A DNA stretch of 64,000 nt from Spirochaetaceae bacterium (GTDB taxonomy: Bacteria > Spirochaetota > Spirochaetia > DSM-2461), in contig JAOPTT010000003.1 in NCBI GenBank assembly GCA_051531975.1, positions 1-64,000 on the forward strand, read 5' to 3'. Shown one piece after another: positions 12,984 through 21,777 of the stretch. The notes under the pieces are model-generated. The model did no database searches. It was given only the letters and a program-made list of their open reading frames with translations, and was not told the origin of the DNA. Numbering within the stretch: the stretch's first letter is position 1; every line of letters starts with the position of its first letter. Both the position numbers and the translations under genes were made by a program.

Positions 12984-13006
12984 TTAAAACTACCCCCAGA
13001 CAACAA

Positions 13007-13036
13007 TACCACCTTCAGAGTCGCCTCTGAGGTGGT
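13007..13036 (-). terminator. Hairpin between rplL and rpoB (attenuator/terminator-like)
   Basis: ACCACC-T-TCAGAG / CTCTGA-GGTGGT inverted repeat; an attenuator occupies this position in E. coli. Confidence 0.5.
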
Positions 13037-13075
13037 TAGTTGAGAAAAAATTATTTTATTAAAAAAGTATAATTA

Positions 13076-13441
13076 TTACTTAACTTCAACTACAGCACCA
13101 GCTGCTTCTAATTTTTCCTTTAATGCAGCTGCATCTTCTTTAGATACACCCTCTTTAATTACAGAATCAGAACTTTCAACGATCTCTTTTGCTTCTTTAA
13201 GACCAAGTCCTGTAGCTTCTCTAACAGCTTTGATTGCAGGAATCTTTTTACCATCAGCAAAACCTTTGAATACTACGTCAAACTCAGTTTGCTCTTCTTC
13301 AGCAGCTCCAGCAGCAGCTCCAGCAGCAGCAACAGGTGCAGCAGCAGATACGCCAAACTTCTCTTCCATTGCTTTTACAAGCTCTGAAACTTCTAATACT
13401 GTCATTGATGCAATTGCATCTAAAATCTCTTCAGTTGTCAT
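13076..13441 (-). CDS. rplL: 50S ribosomal protein L7/L12
   Basis: [18 protein letters not shown] and [12 protein letters not shown]. Confidence 0.98.
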   Translation of the reverse strand: MTTEEILDAIASMTVLEVSELVKAMEEKFGVSAAAPVAAAGAAAGAAEEEQTEFDVVFKGFADGKKIPAIKAVREATGLGLKEAKEIVESSDSVIKEGVSKEDAAALKEKLEAAGAVVEVK

Positions 13442-13515
13442 ATTATCTTCTCCTAATTATAGTCACAGCGATAGCAAACAACTACGAAGACTAACGCTGT
13501 TAATTTTTTTTATTT

Positions 13516-14013
13516 TTAAGCTTCTGCTTTTTGATCAGCAATTGCTTGAATTGTTCTAACAAGTTTAGATGTAACACCATTCATAGCGTACATTAACATC
13601 TGAATAGCTTCGCCTCTAGTAGGAAGAGTACTGAATAATTCTGCTTCTGCTGGATCCATAAGATCACCAGTAACATATCCACCCTTAACAACTAAAGAAG
13701 TCTCTTTTGCAGCAGCAAACAGTGCCTTAGCAACTGGACCAGCTTCACCTTTAACAAGTGCTACAGCTGTTGGTCCTACAAGATACTCTTCTAAACCCTT
13801 AACATCAATAAGCTCAAATGCCTTTTTTGCAAAATTGTTTTTTACAACATGAATTTCTGCATCTAACGCTCTAAGCTTGCCTCTAATTTCTGTAATCTGC
13901 TCTACAGAAAGACCTCTATAATCAGTTAAGAAGTAACTTCCTACTTGACTGAATTGTCTTTCTAGCTGACCTACAGCATCTACTTTATATTGTTGTATTT
14001 TCTTTTCTGCCAT
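13516..14013 (-). CDS. rplJ: 50S ribosomal protein L10
   Basis: DYRGLSVEQITEIR and VVKNN motifs; sits between rplA and rplL. Confidence 0.96.
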   Translation of the reverse strand: MAEKKIQQYKVDAVGQLERQFSQVGSYFLTDYRGLSVEQITEIRGKLRALDAEIHVVKNNFAKKAFELIDVKGLEEYLVGPTAVALVKGEAGPVAKALFAAAKETSLVVKGGYVTGDLMDPAEAELFSTLPTRGEAIQMLMYAMNGVTSKLVRTIQAIADQKAEA

Positions 14014-14036
14014 CGAATATCTCCTTCAGTAACCGA

Positions 14037-14708
14037 TTATTTAAAATCGACCTTAACACCAGGGCCCATTGTAGACGCAAGAGATAAAGATTTAACAAAG
14101 TCACCTTTTAAATCAACTGGTCTTTTTCTTTTAAGCTCTGTAGTAAAAGCATCTAAGTTTTCTTGAATTTGCTCTGCACTCATAGAAACCTTACCAATAG
14201 CAATAGCTACAACTCCAGTCTTATCAGCTCTAAACTCTGTTCGACCTTTCTTTAGTTCTGCTATAGCACCTTTAACATCCATAGTTACAGTTCTAGTTTT
14301 AGGGTTAGGCATTAAACCTCTTCGACCTAAAACAGGACCTAACTTACCAACTTCTCTCATCATATCAGGAGTAGCTACACAAACATCGAAGTCTAACCAA
14401 CCATCTTTAACTTTAGCAACAAGCTCTTCAGCACCAACATAAGTTGCTCCTGCAGCTTCAGCTTCAACAGCCTTATCGCCTTTAGCGAATACTAAAATTT
14501 TCTTATCTCCAGAGAACTGGTGTGGAAGAACTACAGTATCTCTAACTGTATGACTCTTCTTAAGATGTAACTTAACAGATACATCAACTGTTTCATCAAA
14601 TTTAGCAAAAGAAGCTTCTTTCACAAGATTTAATGCATCAACAGTAGAATATAAAACTGTAGAATCTACTTTTAAAGCAGCTTCTTTATATTTCTTTCCA
14701 TGCTTCAT
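14037..14708 (-). CDS. rplA: 50S ribosomal protein L1
   Basis: [18 protein letters not shown] and STMGPG. Confidence 0.98.
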   Translation of the reverse strand: MKHGKKYKEAALKVDSTVLYSTVDALNLVKEASFAKFDETVDVSVKLHLKKSHTVRDTVVLPHQFSGDKKILVFAKGDKAVEAEAAGATYVGAEELVAKVKDGWLDFDVCVATPDMMREVGKLGPVLGRRGLMPNPKTRTVTMDVKGAIAELKKGRTEFRADKTGVVAIAIGKVSMSAEQIQENLDAFTTELKRKRPVDLKGDFVKSLSLASTMGPGVKVDFK

Positions 14709-14711
14709 CTA

Positions 14712-15143
14712 TTACCCCTCAACCACGATACCCATTGAACGGGCAGTACCAGAAATGATTTTTATTGCACCAGCAACATCATTTGCATTTAAATCTGGCA
14801 TTTTTAATTCAGCGATCTCTTGAACTTGCTTAACAGTTAAAGTAGCAACTTTAACCTTATGCGGCTCTGCAGATCCACTTTTCAATTTAGCTGCTCTCTT
14901 TAAAAGAACTGCAGCTGGAGGAGTTTTTGTGATAAAAGAGAAACTTCTATCAGAATAAACTTCAATTACTACTGGTATTAAAATACCCTTCTCGTGCTTA
15001 CTTGTTCTTTCGTTAAACTGCTGAACAAATTGTGGCGCACTAACTCCATGAGGACCTAAAGCTGGTCCAACTGGAGGTGCAGGAGTTGCGCTTCCTGCAG
15101 GAACTTGCAATTTAACAACTGCTGTTACCTTTTTCTTTGCCAT
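14712..15143 (-). CDS. rplK: 50S ribosomal protein L11
   Basis: [12 protein letters not shown] and GTARSMG. Confidence 0.98.
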   Translation of the reverse strand: MAKKKVTAVVKLQVPAGSATPAPPVGPALGPHGVSAPQFVQQFNERTSKHEKGILIPVVIEVYSDRSFSFITKTPPAAVLLKRAAKLKSGSAEPHKVKVATLTVKQVQEIAELKMPDLNANDVAGAIKIISGTARSMGIVVEG

Positions 15144-15156
15144 TATATCTCCTTTA

Positions 15157-15190
15157 TGGTACTAACACCTAAGTTAATCTTAGGCTCCCA
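15157..15190 (-). promoter_or_regulatory. L1-binding autoregulatory RNA site in the rplK leader
   Basis: Minus strand reads UGGGAG-CCUAAG-AUUAA-CUUAGG-UGUUAGUACCA just before the rplK RBS, matching the layout of the known L11-L1 operon L1 target. Confidence 0.75.
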
Positions 15191-15203
15191 TAATAATTAC
15201 TAA

Positions 15204-15758
15204 TTAAACTCGCTCTACTTGCTGATATTCAACTTCAACTGGAGTAGACCGTCCAAATATTCCAACTACAACTTGTAGTTTACCTTTTTCAGGCATAACT
15301 TTTTCTATAACACCAGAAAATGATTCAAAAGGCCCCTCAGTAACACGAACTTTTTCACCAGGAACAAAGTCTTGTCCAACAAGAAGACCTTTATCTGCCT
15401 TAATAGCTCCAGCTTTCTGCAGTACCGACTTTGCCTCTTCAGAACTTATAGGTTGCGGTTTAGAATCACCACTTGTTCCAAGAAACCCTAAAACACTCTG
15501 AATTTTACGTATGGCAACACAAGGTTTTTTCCAACCTCTTTCTGGTAGATCCATCTCAAGCATTACATAACCAGGTAAAATTTTCTTTTTGACAACACGA
15601 GTTTTGCCGTTAACTTTTTCAGATATCTCTTCCGCAGGTACTTTAACGTCTGTTAATACATCGCCAAAAACACCCTCTTCTCGGTACATCTGAATATACT
15701 TCTCAACCTTGTTTTCATGCCCTGAAAAGACATGAAGAATATACCAACCTTTAGCCAT
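15204..15758 (-). CDS. nusG: Transcription termination/antitermination factor NusG
   Basis: WYILHVFSGHENKV, LPGYV and the KOW region GPFESFSG...IFGRSTPVE. Confidence 0.98.
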   Translation of the reverse strand: MAKGWYILHVFSGHENKVEKYIQMYREEGVFGDVLTDVKVPAEEISEKVNGKTRVVKKKILPGYVMLEMDLPERGWKKPCVAIRKIQSVLGFLGTSGDSKPQPISSEEAKSVLQKAGAIKADKGLLVGQDFVPGEKVRVTEGPFESFSGVIEKVMPEKGKLQVVVGIFGRSTPVEVEYQQVERV

Positions 15759-15844
15759 AAATCTACCTTCTTCTTACATACAAAAAATCACAGACTTCAA
15801 GCCTGTGATTCCTATTAAAAACAAAACATAGCAAATAATTCTTG

Positions 15845-16024
15845 TTAGAACATTACGTAAAGACCTTTTAATAATAAAAAGTCTACAAGTCCAAACAGCA
15901 CAGCAAACAGCACTGTAGAAACAAGAACTACCTTCATTGAAGATAGAGCAGAAGACCAACTAGGCCATACAACTTTCTTCATTTCTACTACAGTTTCGCT
16001 TAAAAATGCTTTTATTTTACCCAT
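15845..16024 (-). CDS. secE: Preprotein translocase subunit SecE (59 aa)
   Basis: Not in the ORF track. Hand translation MGKIKAFLSETVVEMKKVVWPSW...FGLVDFLL...; EMKKVVWP signature, one TM helix, canonical place between tRNA-Trp and nusG. Confidence 0.95.
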   Translation of the reverse strand: MGKIKAFLSETVVEMKKVVWPSWSSALSSMKVVLVSTVLFAVLFGLVDFLLLKGLYVMF

Positions 16025-16055
16025 TTCATTTCTCCCGATTAACTATAAAAAAACA

Positions 16056-16129
16056 CAGGCCAAGTTGGATTCGAACCAACAACATTCGGTTTTGGAGACC
16101 GACGCTCTGCCAATTGGAGCTATTGGCCT
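16056..16129 (-). tRNA. tRNA-Trp (CCA)
   Basis: AGGCCAA acceptor stem, anticodon loop CT-CCA-AA, GGTTCGAATCC T-arm; 3' CCA not encoded. Confidence 0.97.
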
Positions 16130-16138
16130 GTATGCAAT

Positions 16139-16315
16139 CTACTTAATTTTTGTCTCTTTGTGTAATATGTGAGACTTACACCATTTACAATACTTCTTTA
16201 GCTCAAGCTTTGCTTGTACGTTTCTTCTATTCTTCTGAGTAGTGTAATTTCTTCTTTTACATTCTGTACACTGTAGTGCTATTAACTCAACAGCGCCTTT
16301 TTTTCCTTTAGCCAT
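16139..16315 (-). CDS. rpmG: 50S ribosomal protein L33, Zn-ribbon (C+) type
   Basis: MAKGKKG...CTEC...YTTQKN...[10 protein letters not shown]. Start moved to ATG 16315, which follows a CAGGAG RBS. Confidence 0.96.
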   Translation of the reverse strand: MAKGKKGAVELIALQCTECKRRNYTTQKNRRNVQAKLELKKYCKWCKSHILHKETKIK

Positions 16316-16340
16316 TAACCAATTCTCCTGATTTAAATAT

Positions 16341-16369
16341 ACATTATGCGTAATCAACAATTATGTCAA
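16341..16369 (-). promoter_or_regulatory. Sigma70-type promoter upstream of rpmG
   Basis: TTGACA-17 bp-TAATGT on the minus strand. Confidence 0.6.
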
Positions 16370-16396
16370 CGATATTTGCGTCCCAGCTTGCACAAG

Positions 16397-16468
16397 AGCC
16401 CTTGACCGGAGTTGAACCGGTGACCCCATCCTTACCATGGACGTACTCTACCACTGAGCTACAAGGGC
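16397..16468 (-). tRNA. tRNA-Thr (GGT)
   Basis: GCCCTTG acceptor stem, TAGCTCAGTGGTAGAG D-arm, anticodon loop AT-GGT-AA, GGTTCAACTCC T-arm. Confidence 0.97.
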
Positions 16469-16480
16469 TAACGCTCGTGC

Positions 16481-16509
16481 AATCTACCAATCATAGCCAA
16501 TATTGTCAA
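16481..16509 (-). promoter_or_regulatory. Sigma70-type promoter for tRNA-Thr
   Basis: TTGACA-17 bp-TAGATT, ending 12 bp upstream of the tRNA 5' end. Confidence 0.7.
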
Positions 16510-16523
16510 TACTACGACATTAT

Positions 16524-17786
16524 TTATTTATCTTTTTTCTTACTTTGATTCAACATACGCTGAATCATCTTACTATTATCTAATATTGGACTCATAGATC
16601 TGTTATGATGTATCCTAGATATACTTCGTGCAAATAAGTTAGAAACACTAGCACTTACATACCACTCCCTTGAAAGTAGTTCTTCACTTTTAGTTACAGC
16701 ATTTGTACCTATAATTCGATAAAACTTTCCTTCAGCATATGCTTTATCAAAATACTCCATAGCTTTACCAGTAAATAGAGGAAGAGATACTGCACAAACA
16801 ATTTTTTTTGCTCCGTTTTCTCTTAACAATTCCATGGCTTTAATCATGGTACCACCAGTACCTAACATATCATCAGCCATAAAAACATTTTTACCTGAAA
16901 CATCTCCAAGTAACCTAGCACTAGTAATATTTGAGTCGTTAGCACTCTTTGTTACTTTAGAATAATCCCTCTCTTTATATAATAATGCCAGAGGTTTTTG
17001 CAGAGAACTTGCAAAAAATTTATTTCTATCAATCGCACCCGTATCTGGAGAAACAACAACCATATCCTCTTCATGAAGATCCATAACATTACTTAACTTA
17101 CGTAATACTTGATATGATGCATGTAAGTTAATAAGGTTTAATTTTTTGAAAGTATGTTCAATCTCTTTAGAGTGAATATCCAATGTTAAAATTCTATCAA
17201 CACATGCTTCTTCAAGAATTCGACCTAAAGACGATGCGGTTAGACCTTCTCGGCCTTTCTTTTTATGTTGTCTTGAATATGGATAAACAGGAACAACCAC
17301 CGTTATACTTCTAGCACCAGACTGCTTTACTGCATCGATCGTAACTAATAAGTTAAATATATGATCGTTAATAGAACAGAATACAGGCTCCCCAGTACTA
17401 TACTGAATAGGTTCAGCATTCTCTACATCCTGAACGATATAAATATCCATACCTTTTATAGAGTATTTTATCTCAGCCTTTAGTTCTCCATTGGCAAACA
17501 TTGTAAAGATACCTGGAACTTTAAAGGATGGAACCCTATATTTTTCAGGATCACCATAAATTTTCACTTGTTGTGAACTTAGATCATTATCATAATTTAG
17601 GTGTTTAATAGCATCAGGCTCACTAACACCATAAACTTTTGAAAGATTCCTAATTTTTTTCTCGAAACGTCTATAATATATAGACTTTAAGTTGGTAATA
17701 ATTTCGTCTGCAAACTTTTGACCACCTGGACATGCTACTATCCCCAATTTAGTGGGTTGTGAGAAACTCATTAAGGCCCCTTTCAT
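16524..17786 (-). CDS. prs: Ribose-phosphate pyrophosphokinase, long form
   Basis: FANGE, PYSRQ, VVSPDTGA and DDMLGTGGT motifs. True start may be ATG 17771 (MSFSQP). Confidence 0.93.
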   Translation of the reverse strand: MKGALMSFSQPTKLGIVACPGGQKFADEIITNLKSIYYRRFEKKIRNLSKVYGVSEPDAIKHLNYDNDLSSQQVKIYGDPEKYRVPSFKVPGIFTMFANGELKAEIKYSIKGMDIYIVQDVENAEPIQYSTGEPVFCSINDHIFNLLVTIDAVKQSGARSITVVVPVYPYSRQHKKKGREGLTASSLGRILEEACVDRILTLDIHSKEIEHTFKKLNLINLHASYQVLRKLSNVMDLHEEDMVVVSPDTGAIDRNKFFASSLQKPLALLYKERDYSKVTKSANDSNITSARLLGDVSGKNVFMADDMLGTGGTMIKAMELLRENGAKKIVCAVSLPLFTGKAMEYFDKAYAEGKFYRIIGTNAVTKSEELLSREWYVSASVSNLFARSISRIHHNRSMSPILDNSKMIQRMLNQSKKKDK

Positions 17787-18060
17787 TTATTTATTATTGT
17801 GGTAAAAGAATACCACAGTAGGCATTTAGGGGTCAATAAACCTACCATCTAAACTTAAACATAATTTCTAAAGAATAATAATAATTTAAGTCAATTATCC
17901 TTTATGAATACATTTAGACCCTAAGAAGATATAGGCTTAAGAATAAATTAAGTCAATTATTCTTTATTGTTAGGATTGTGTTAGAAATCATTAAATAGAT
18001 TGAATTTTATTTTATTAAATTCAACAATCGGAAATATATTCTATTTTAAGGAGAATTTTA

Positions 18061-19749
18061 ATGGGAATCATTTCTAACTTTTTTAAATATCTAATTGTAA
18101 TTTTAGAGATTGCAGGTTGTTTAGGTATATTTTTGTACGGAATGAAGATAATGAGTGATGGAATACAAAAAGCTGCAGGTGATAAAATGCAGAGTATTTT
18201 AAACTTAATGACTTCTAACAGATTTGCAGCTGTTTTAACAGGTGTATTTATTACAGCAATTATTCAATCATCTTCTGCAACGACTGTTATGGTTGTAAGT
18301 TTTGTAAATGCTAGTTTATTAACATTAACTCAATCTATCGGTGTTATTATGGGAGCAAACATAGGTACAACAGTTACAAGTTGGATTATTGCACTTATTG
18401 GAAAAGTTAGTATGTCTGCTATTGCAATTCCCTGTATTGGTATTGGTATGCCACTTTTTCTTTTTAGTAAATCAAGTGGTAAAAAAAGTTGGGGAGAATT
18501 TTTTATAGGATTTGGTTTACTTTTTTTAGGATTGCATCTTTTAAAAGAGTTACTTCCAGGAAAAGAAGAAGCTGCTTCTTATATGACAAGCTTAGAACAG
18601 CTAACTGATTTAGGTTTTCTTTCTATTATTCTTTTTGTTGCAATTGGTGCCATAATGACTGTTATTATTCACTCTTCTAGTGCAACAATGGGTGTTATTC
18701 TTATATTAGTTGGAACCGATGGCGCAGGTATAGGATTTCCATTAGAAATAGCTGCAGCTATGGCTTTAGGAAGTAATATAGGAACAACAATCGATGCATT
18801 TTTAGCTTCTATTGCAGCAAATACTGCTGCTAAAAGAGCAGCAATGGTACATATTCTTTTTAATATTCTAGGAACAATGTTAGCCCTTATATTCTTCTAT
18901 CCATTTTTAAACTTCGTAAACAAAGTAGTTCCTGGAGACGATCCTAGATTCACTTTAGCAATGTTTCATACAATTTTTAATATTTCAGCTACTCTGCTAT
19001 TTGTTTGGTTTGTACCACAATTTAGTAAAGTTGTTACAATTCTTGTAAAAGATTCTGCAATCGAAGTTGAAGATGCTCCATACAAGTTAGATTATATGAG
19101 TACAGGTTTCCAAGATATTCCTGAAATATACCTTTTAAAGGCTAGAGAAGAAGTTCTATTTATGTCAGAAATTGTTAGTAAAATGTTTAATAGATTCAGG
19201 AATGTTCTTAATGGTGAAAAAGCTGATTACGAACACGAACTTGCTAAAATGAAGAAACAAGAAGATTACACAGATCAGATGCAGGAAGAAATTTCCCAAT
19301 TCCTACTTGCTTGTACAAGAGAAAACTTAAATGATGAAGGTTTTACAAATGCTGCATCATTAATGAGGATTGTTAACGAATTAGAAAGTATTGGTGATAG
19401 TTGTTACAAGTTAATGATTATCTCTTCTAAGCAGAATGAAAAAGGGCTTGTTTTTCATACGACTGCAATGGATGATCTTCTTCCATACGAAGCTCTTGTA
19501 GGTGAGTTCTTAGATAATGTGGTACACAACTTGTCTGCAGAAAAATCTGACTATAAAGTCGCTGATGCTAAAACTACTGAAGCTAAAATAAATAGTTACA
19601 GAACAGCACTAAAGAAGTCAGCTAGACGACAAATACAGGGTGGTAGTGATGTTAAAGCTGAGCTAATATATATTGATATTGTACGACAGATTGAACATAT
19701 TGGAGACTTTTGTATGAATATTATGCAAGAGGTTGAACACATCAAATAA
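18061..19749 (+). CDS. Na/Pi cotransporter family protein with C-terminal PhoU-like helical domain, copy 1
   Basis: IIQSSSATTV, GANIGTT and second repeat HSSSA...GSNIGTT; many TM helices; ELESIGD and QIEHIGD PhoU-like motifs. Confidence 0.92.
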   Translation: MGIISNFFKYLIVILEIAGCLGIFLYGMKIMSDGIQKAAGDKMQSILNLMTSNRFAAVLTGVFITAIIQSSSATTVMVVSFVNASLLTLTQSIGVIMGANIGTTVTSWIIALIGKVSMSAIAIPCIGIGMPLFLFSKSSGKKSWGEFFIGFGLLFLGLHLLKELLPGKEEAASYMTSLEQLTDLGFLSIILFVAIGAIMTVIIHSSSATMGVILILVGTDGAGIGFPLEIAAAMALGSNIGTTIDAFLASIAANTAAKRAAMVHILFNILGTMLALIFFYPFLNFVNKVVPGDDPRFTLAMFHTIFNISATLLFVWFVPQFSKVVTILVKDSAIEVEDAPYKLDYMSTGFQDIPEIYLLKAREEVLFMSEIVSKMFNRFRNVLNGEKADYEHELAKMKKQEDYTDQMQEEISQFLLACTRENLNDEGFTNAASLMRIVNELESIGDSCYKLMIISSKQNEKGLVFHTTAMDDLLPYEALVGEFLDNVVHNLSAEKSDYKVADAKTTEAKINSYRTALKKSARRQIQGGSDVKAELIYIDIVRQIEHIGDFCMNIMQEVEHIK

Positions 19750-19754
19750 ACGAA

Positions 19755-19793
19755 TATTATAAGTCATAATAAAATTATATTATGGCTATAATA
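19755..19793 (+). terminator. AT-rich hairpin after Na/Pi cotransporter copy 1
   Basis: AGTCATAAT/ATTATGGCT stem extended by ATTAT/ATAAT; no clear U tract. Confidence 0.35.
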
Positions 19794-20015
19794 AACGGGT
19801 TGATCATAAGTGCTACAATGATAACAGGGGAAATCAAGTGTTTATAAGATCCTAAACTGGTCTTCAGTTAAGCATTTTGCATATACAATCCCCGTTATCA
19901 TTGAAGATAAACACTCCTTATTCTTAGGATTGTTCTAAAAAAAAATCGATATATTAGAATTTATATTTTTAATTTCCACAATCTGATTTATATTCTATAT
20001 TAAGGAGTATATTAA

Positions 20016-21704
20016 ATGGAAATTATTTCTACCATATTCAAATATTTAGTTGTAGTTCTAGAAATTGCTGGTTGTTTAGGTATTTTCTTATACGGAATGA
20101 AAATAATGAGTGATGGGATACAAAAAGCTGCAGGTGATAAAATGCAGAGTATTTTAAACTTTATGACTTCAAATAGATTTACCGCAGTATTAACAGGTGT
20201 TTTCATTACTGCAATAATTCAGTCATCTTCCGCAACTACAGTTATGGTTGTAAGTTTTGTAAATGCTAGTTTATTAACTTTAACACAATCAATCGGTGTT
20301 ATTATGGGTGCAAATATTGGAACAACTGTAACAAGTTGGATTATAGCCCTTATTGGAAAAATTAGTATGTCAGCTATAGCAATTCCTTGTATAGGTATTG
20401 GTATGCCACTTTTTCTTTTTAGTAAAAAGAGCAGTCAGAAGAATTGGGGTGAGTTTTTTATAGGTTTTGGACTTCTATTTTTAGGTCTTCACCTACTAAA
20501 AGAACTACTCCCTGGAAAAGAAGAAGCTGCTACCTATATGGCAAGCTTGGAACAATTAACTGACTTAGGCTTTTTATCTATTATTCTTTTTGTTGCAATT
20601 GGTACAATAATGACAGTCATTATTCACTCTTCTAGTGCGACAATGGGTGTTATCTTAATACTTGTAGGAACAGATGGTGCAGGAATTGGACTTCCTCTAG
20701 AAATTGCAGCAGCAATGGCAATTGGTTCTACTATTGGTACAACTATTGATGCATTTTTAGCTTCTGTTACCGCTAATACTAATGCTAAAAGAGCTGCCAT
20801 GGTTCATATTCTTTTCAATGTTCTTGGTGCGACTATTATATTGATATTCTTCTATCCATTTTTAAACCTTGTTAAAATTATAGTTCCTGGGGATGACCCA
20901 AGATTTACTATGGCTATGTTCCATACAATTAAAAGTGTATCTGTGACTTTAATTTTTATCTGGTTTGTACCTCAGTTTGAGATGATGGTAACTAAAATTG
21001 TAAAACAGCCTAAAAATGAAGTTGAAGATGCACCTTACAAATTAGATTATATGAGTACTGGTTTCCAAGATATTCCTGAAATATATCTTTTAAAAGCCAG
21101 AGAAGAAGTTCTATTTATGTCTAAAATTGTTAATAAAATGTTTAACAAATTTAGGGATGTACTTAAAGGTGAGAAAGCCGATTACGAAAAAGAACTTGCC
21201 AAAATGAAAAAGCAAGAAGATTATACAGACCAAATGCAGGAAGAAATTTCCAAATTCCTACTTGCTTGTACCAGAGAAAACTTAAATGATGAAGGTTTTA
21301 CAATAGCTGCATCACTAATGAGAATTGTTAACGAATTAGAGAGTATTGGTGATAGTTGTTACAAATTGATGATCATCTCAACTAAGCAGAATGAACAAGG
21401 TCTTGTTTTCCATAAATCTGCCATGGATGATTTGCTTCCATATGAAACTCTTGTTGGTGAGTTCTTAGAAAATGTGGTACACAACTTATCTGCAGAAAAA
21501 TCTGATTATAAAGTCGCTGATGCTAAAACTACTGAAGCTAAAATAAATAGTTACAGAACAGCACTAAAGAAGTCAGCTAGACGACAAATACAAGGTGGTA
21601 GTGATGTTAAAGCTGAGCTAACATATATTGATATTGTAAGACAGATTGAACATATTGGAGACTTTTGTATGAATATTATGCAAGAGGCTGAAAATATAAA
21701 ATAA
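20016..21704 (+). CDS. Na/Pi cotransporter family protein, copy 2 (tandem paralogue)
   Basis: Same length (562 aa) and colinear with copy 1; same QSSS and GANIGTT motifs. Confidence 0.92.
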   Translation: MEIISTIFKYLVVVLEIAGCLGIFLYGMKIMSDGIQKAAGDKMQSILNFMTSNRFTAVLTGVFITAIIQSSSATTVMVVSFVNASLLTLTQSIGVIMGANIGTTVTSWIIALIGKISMSAIAIPCIGIGMPLFLFSKKSSQKNWGEFFIGFGLLFLGLHLLKELLPGKEEAATYMASLEQLTDLGFLSIILFVAIGTIMTVIIHSSSATMGVILILVGTDGAGIGLPLEIAAAMAIGSTIGTTIDAFLASVTANTNAKRAAMVHILFNVLGATIILIFFYPFLNLVKIIVPGDDPRFTMAMFHTIKSVSVTLIFIWFVPQFEMMVTKIVKQPKNEVEDAPYKLDYMSTGFQDIPEIYLLKAREEVLFMSKIVNKMFNKFRDVLKGEKADYEKELAKMKKQEDYTDQMQEEISKFLLACTRENLNDEGFTIAASLMRIVNELESIGDSCYKLMIISTKQNEQGLVFHKSAMDDLLPYETLVGEFLENVVHNLSAEKSDYKVADAKTTEAKINSYRTALKKSARRQIQGGSDVKAELTYIDIVRQIEHIGDFCMNIMQEAENIK

Positions 21705-21722
21705 TCTAATATTATAAAAAAT

Positions 21723-21753
21723 GAACCCCACAGATTTGTGGGGTTCTTTTTTT
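21723..21753 (+). terminator. Intrinsic terminator between convergent Na/Pi copy 2 and argH, probably bidirectional
   Basis: GAACCCCACA-GATT-TGTGGGGTTC followed by T7, with an A run upstream. Confidence 0.9.
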
Positions 21754-21777
21754 ATAAGTATAACTTCAAAAGTATAC

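Noticed and set aside
456..13559. Short alternative-frame ORFs within ribosomal, tuf and rpo genes
   Set aside because: Shadows of highly conserved genes with no independent support.
15774..15959. 61-aa ORF from the track
   Set aside because: Out-of-frame overlap with the real secE (15845-16024).
16363..16548. 61-aa plus-strand ORF
   Set aside because: Antisense to tRNA-Thr and its promoter.
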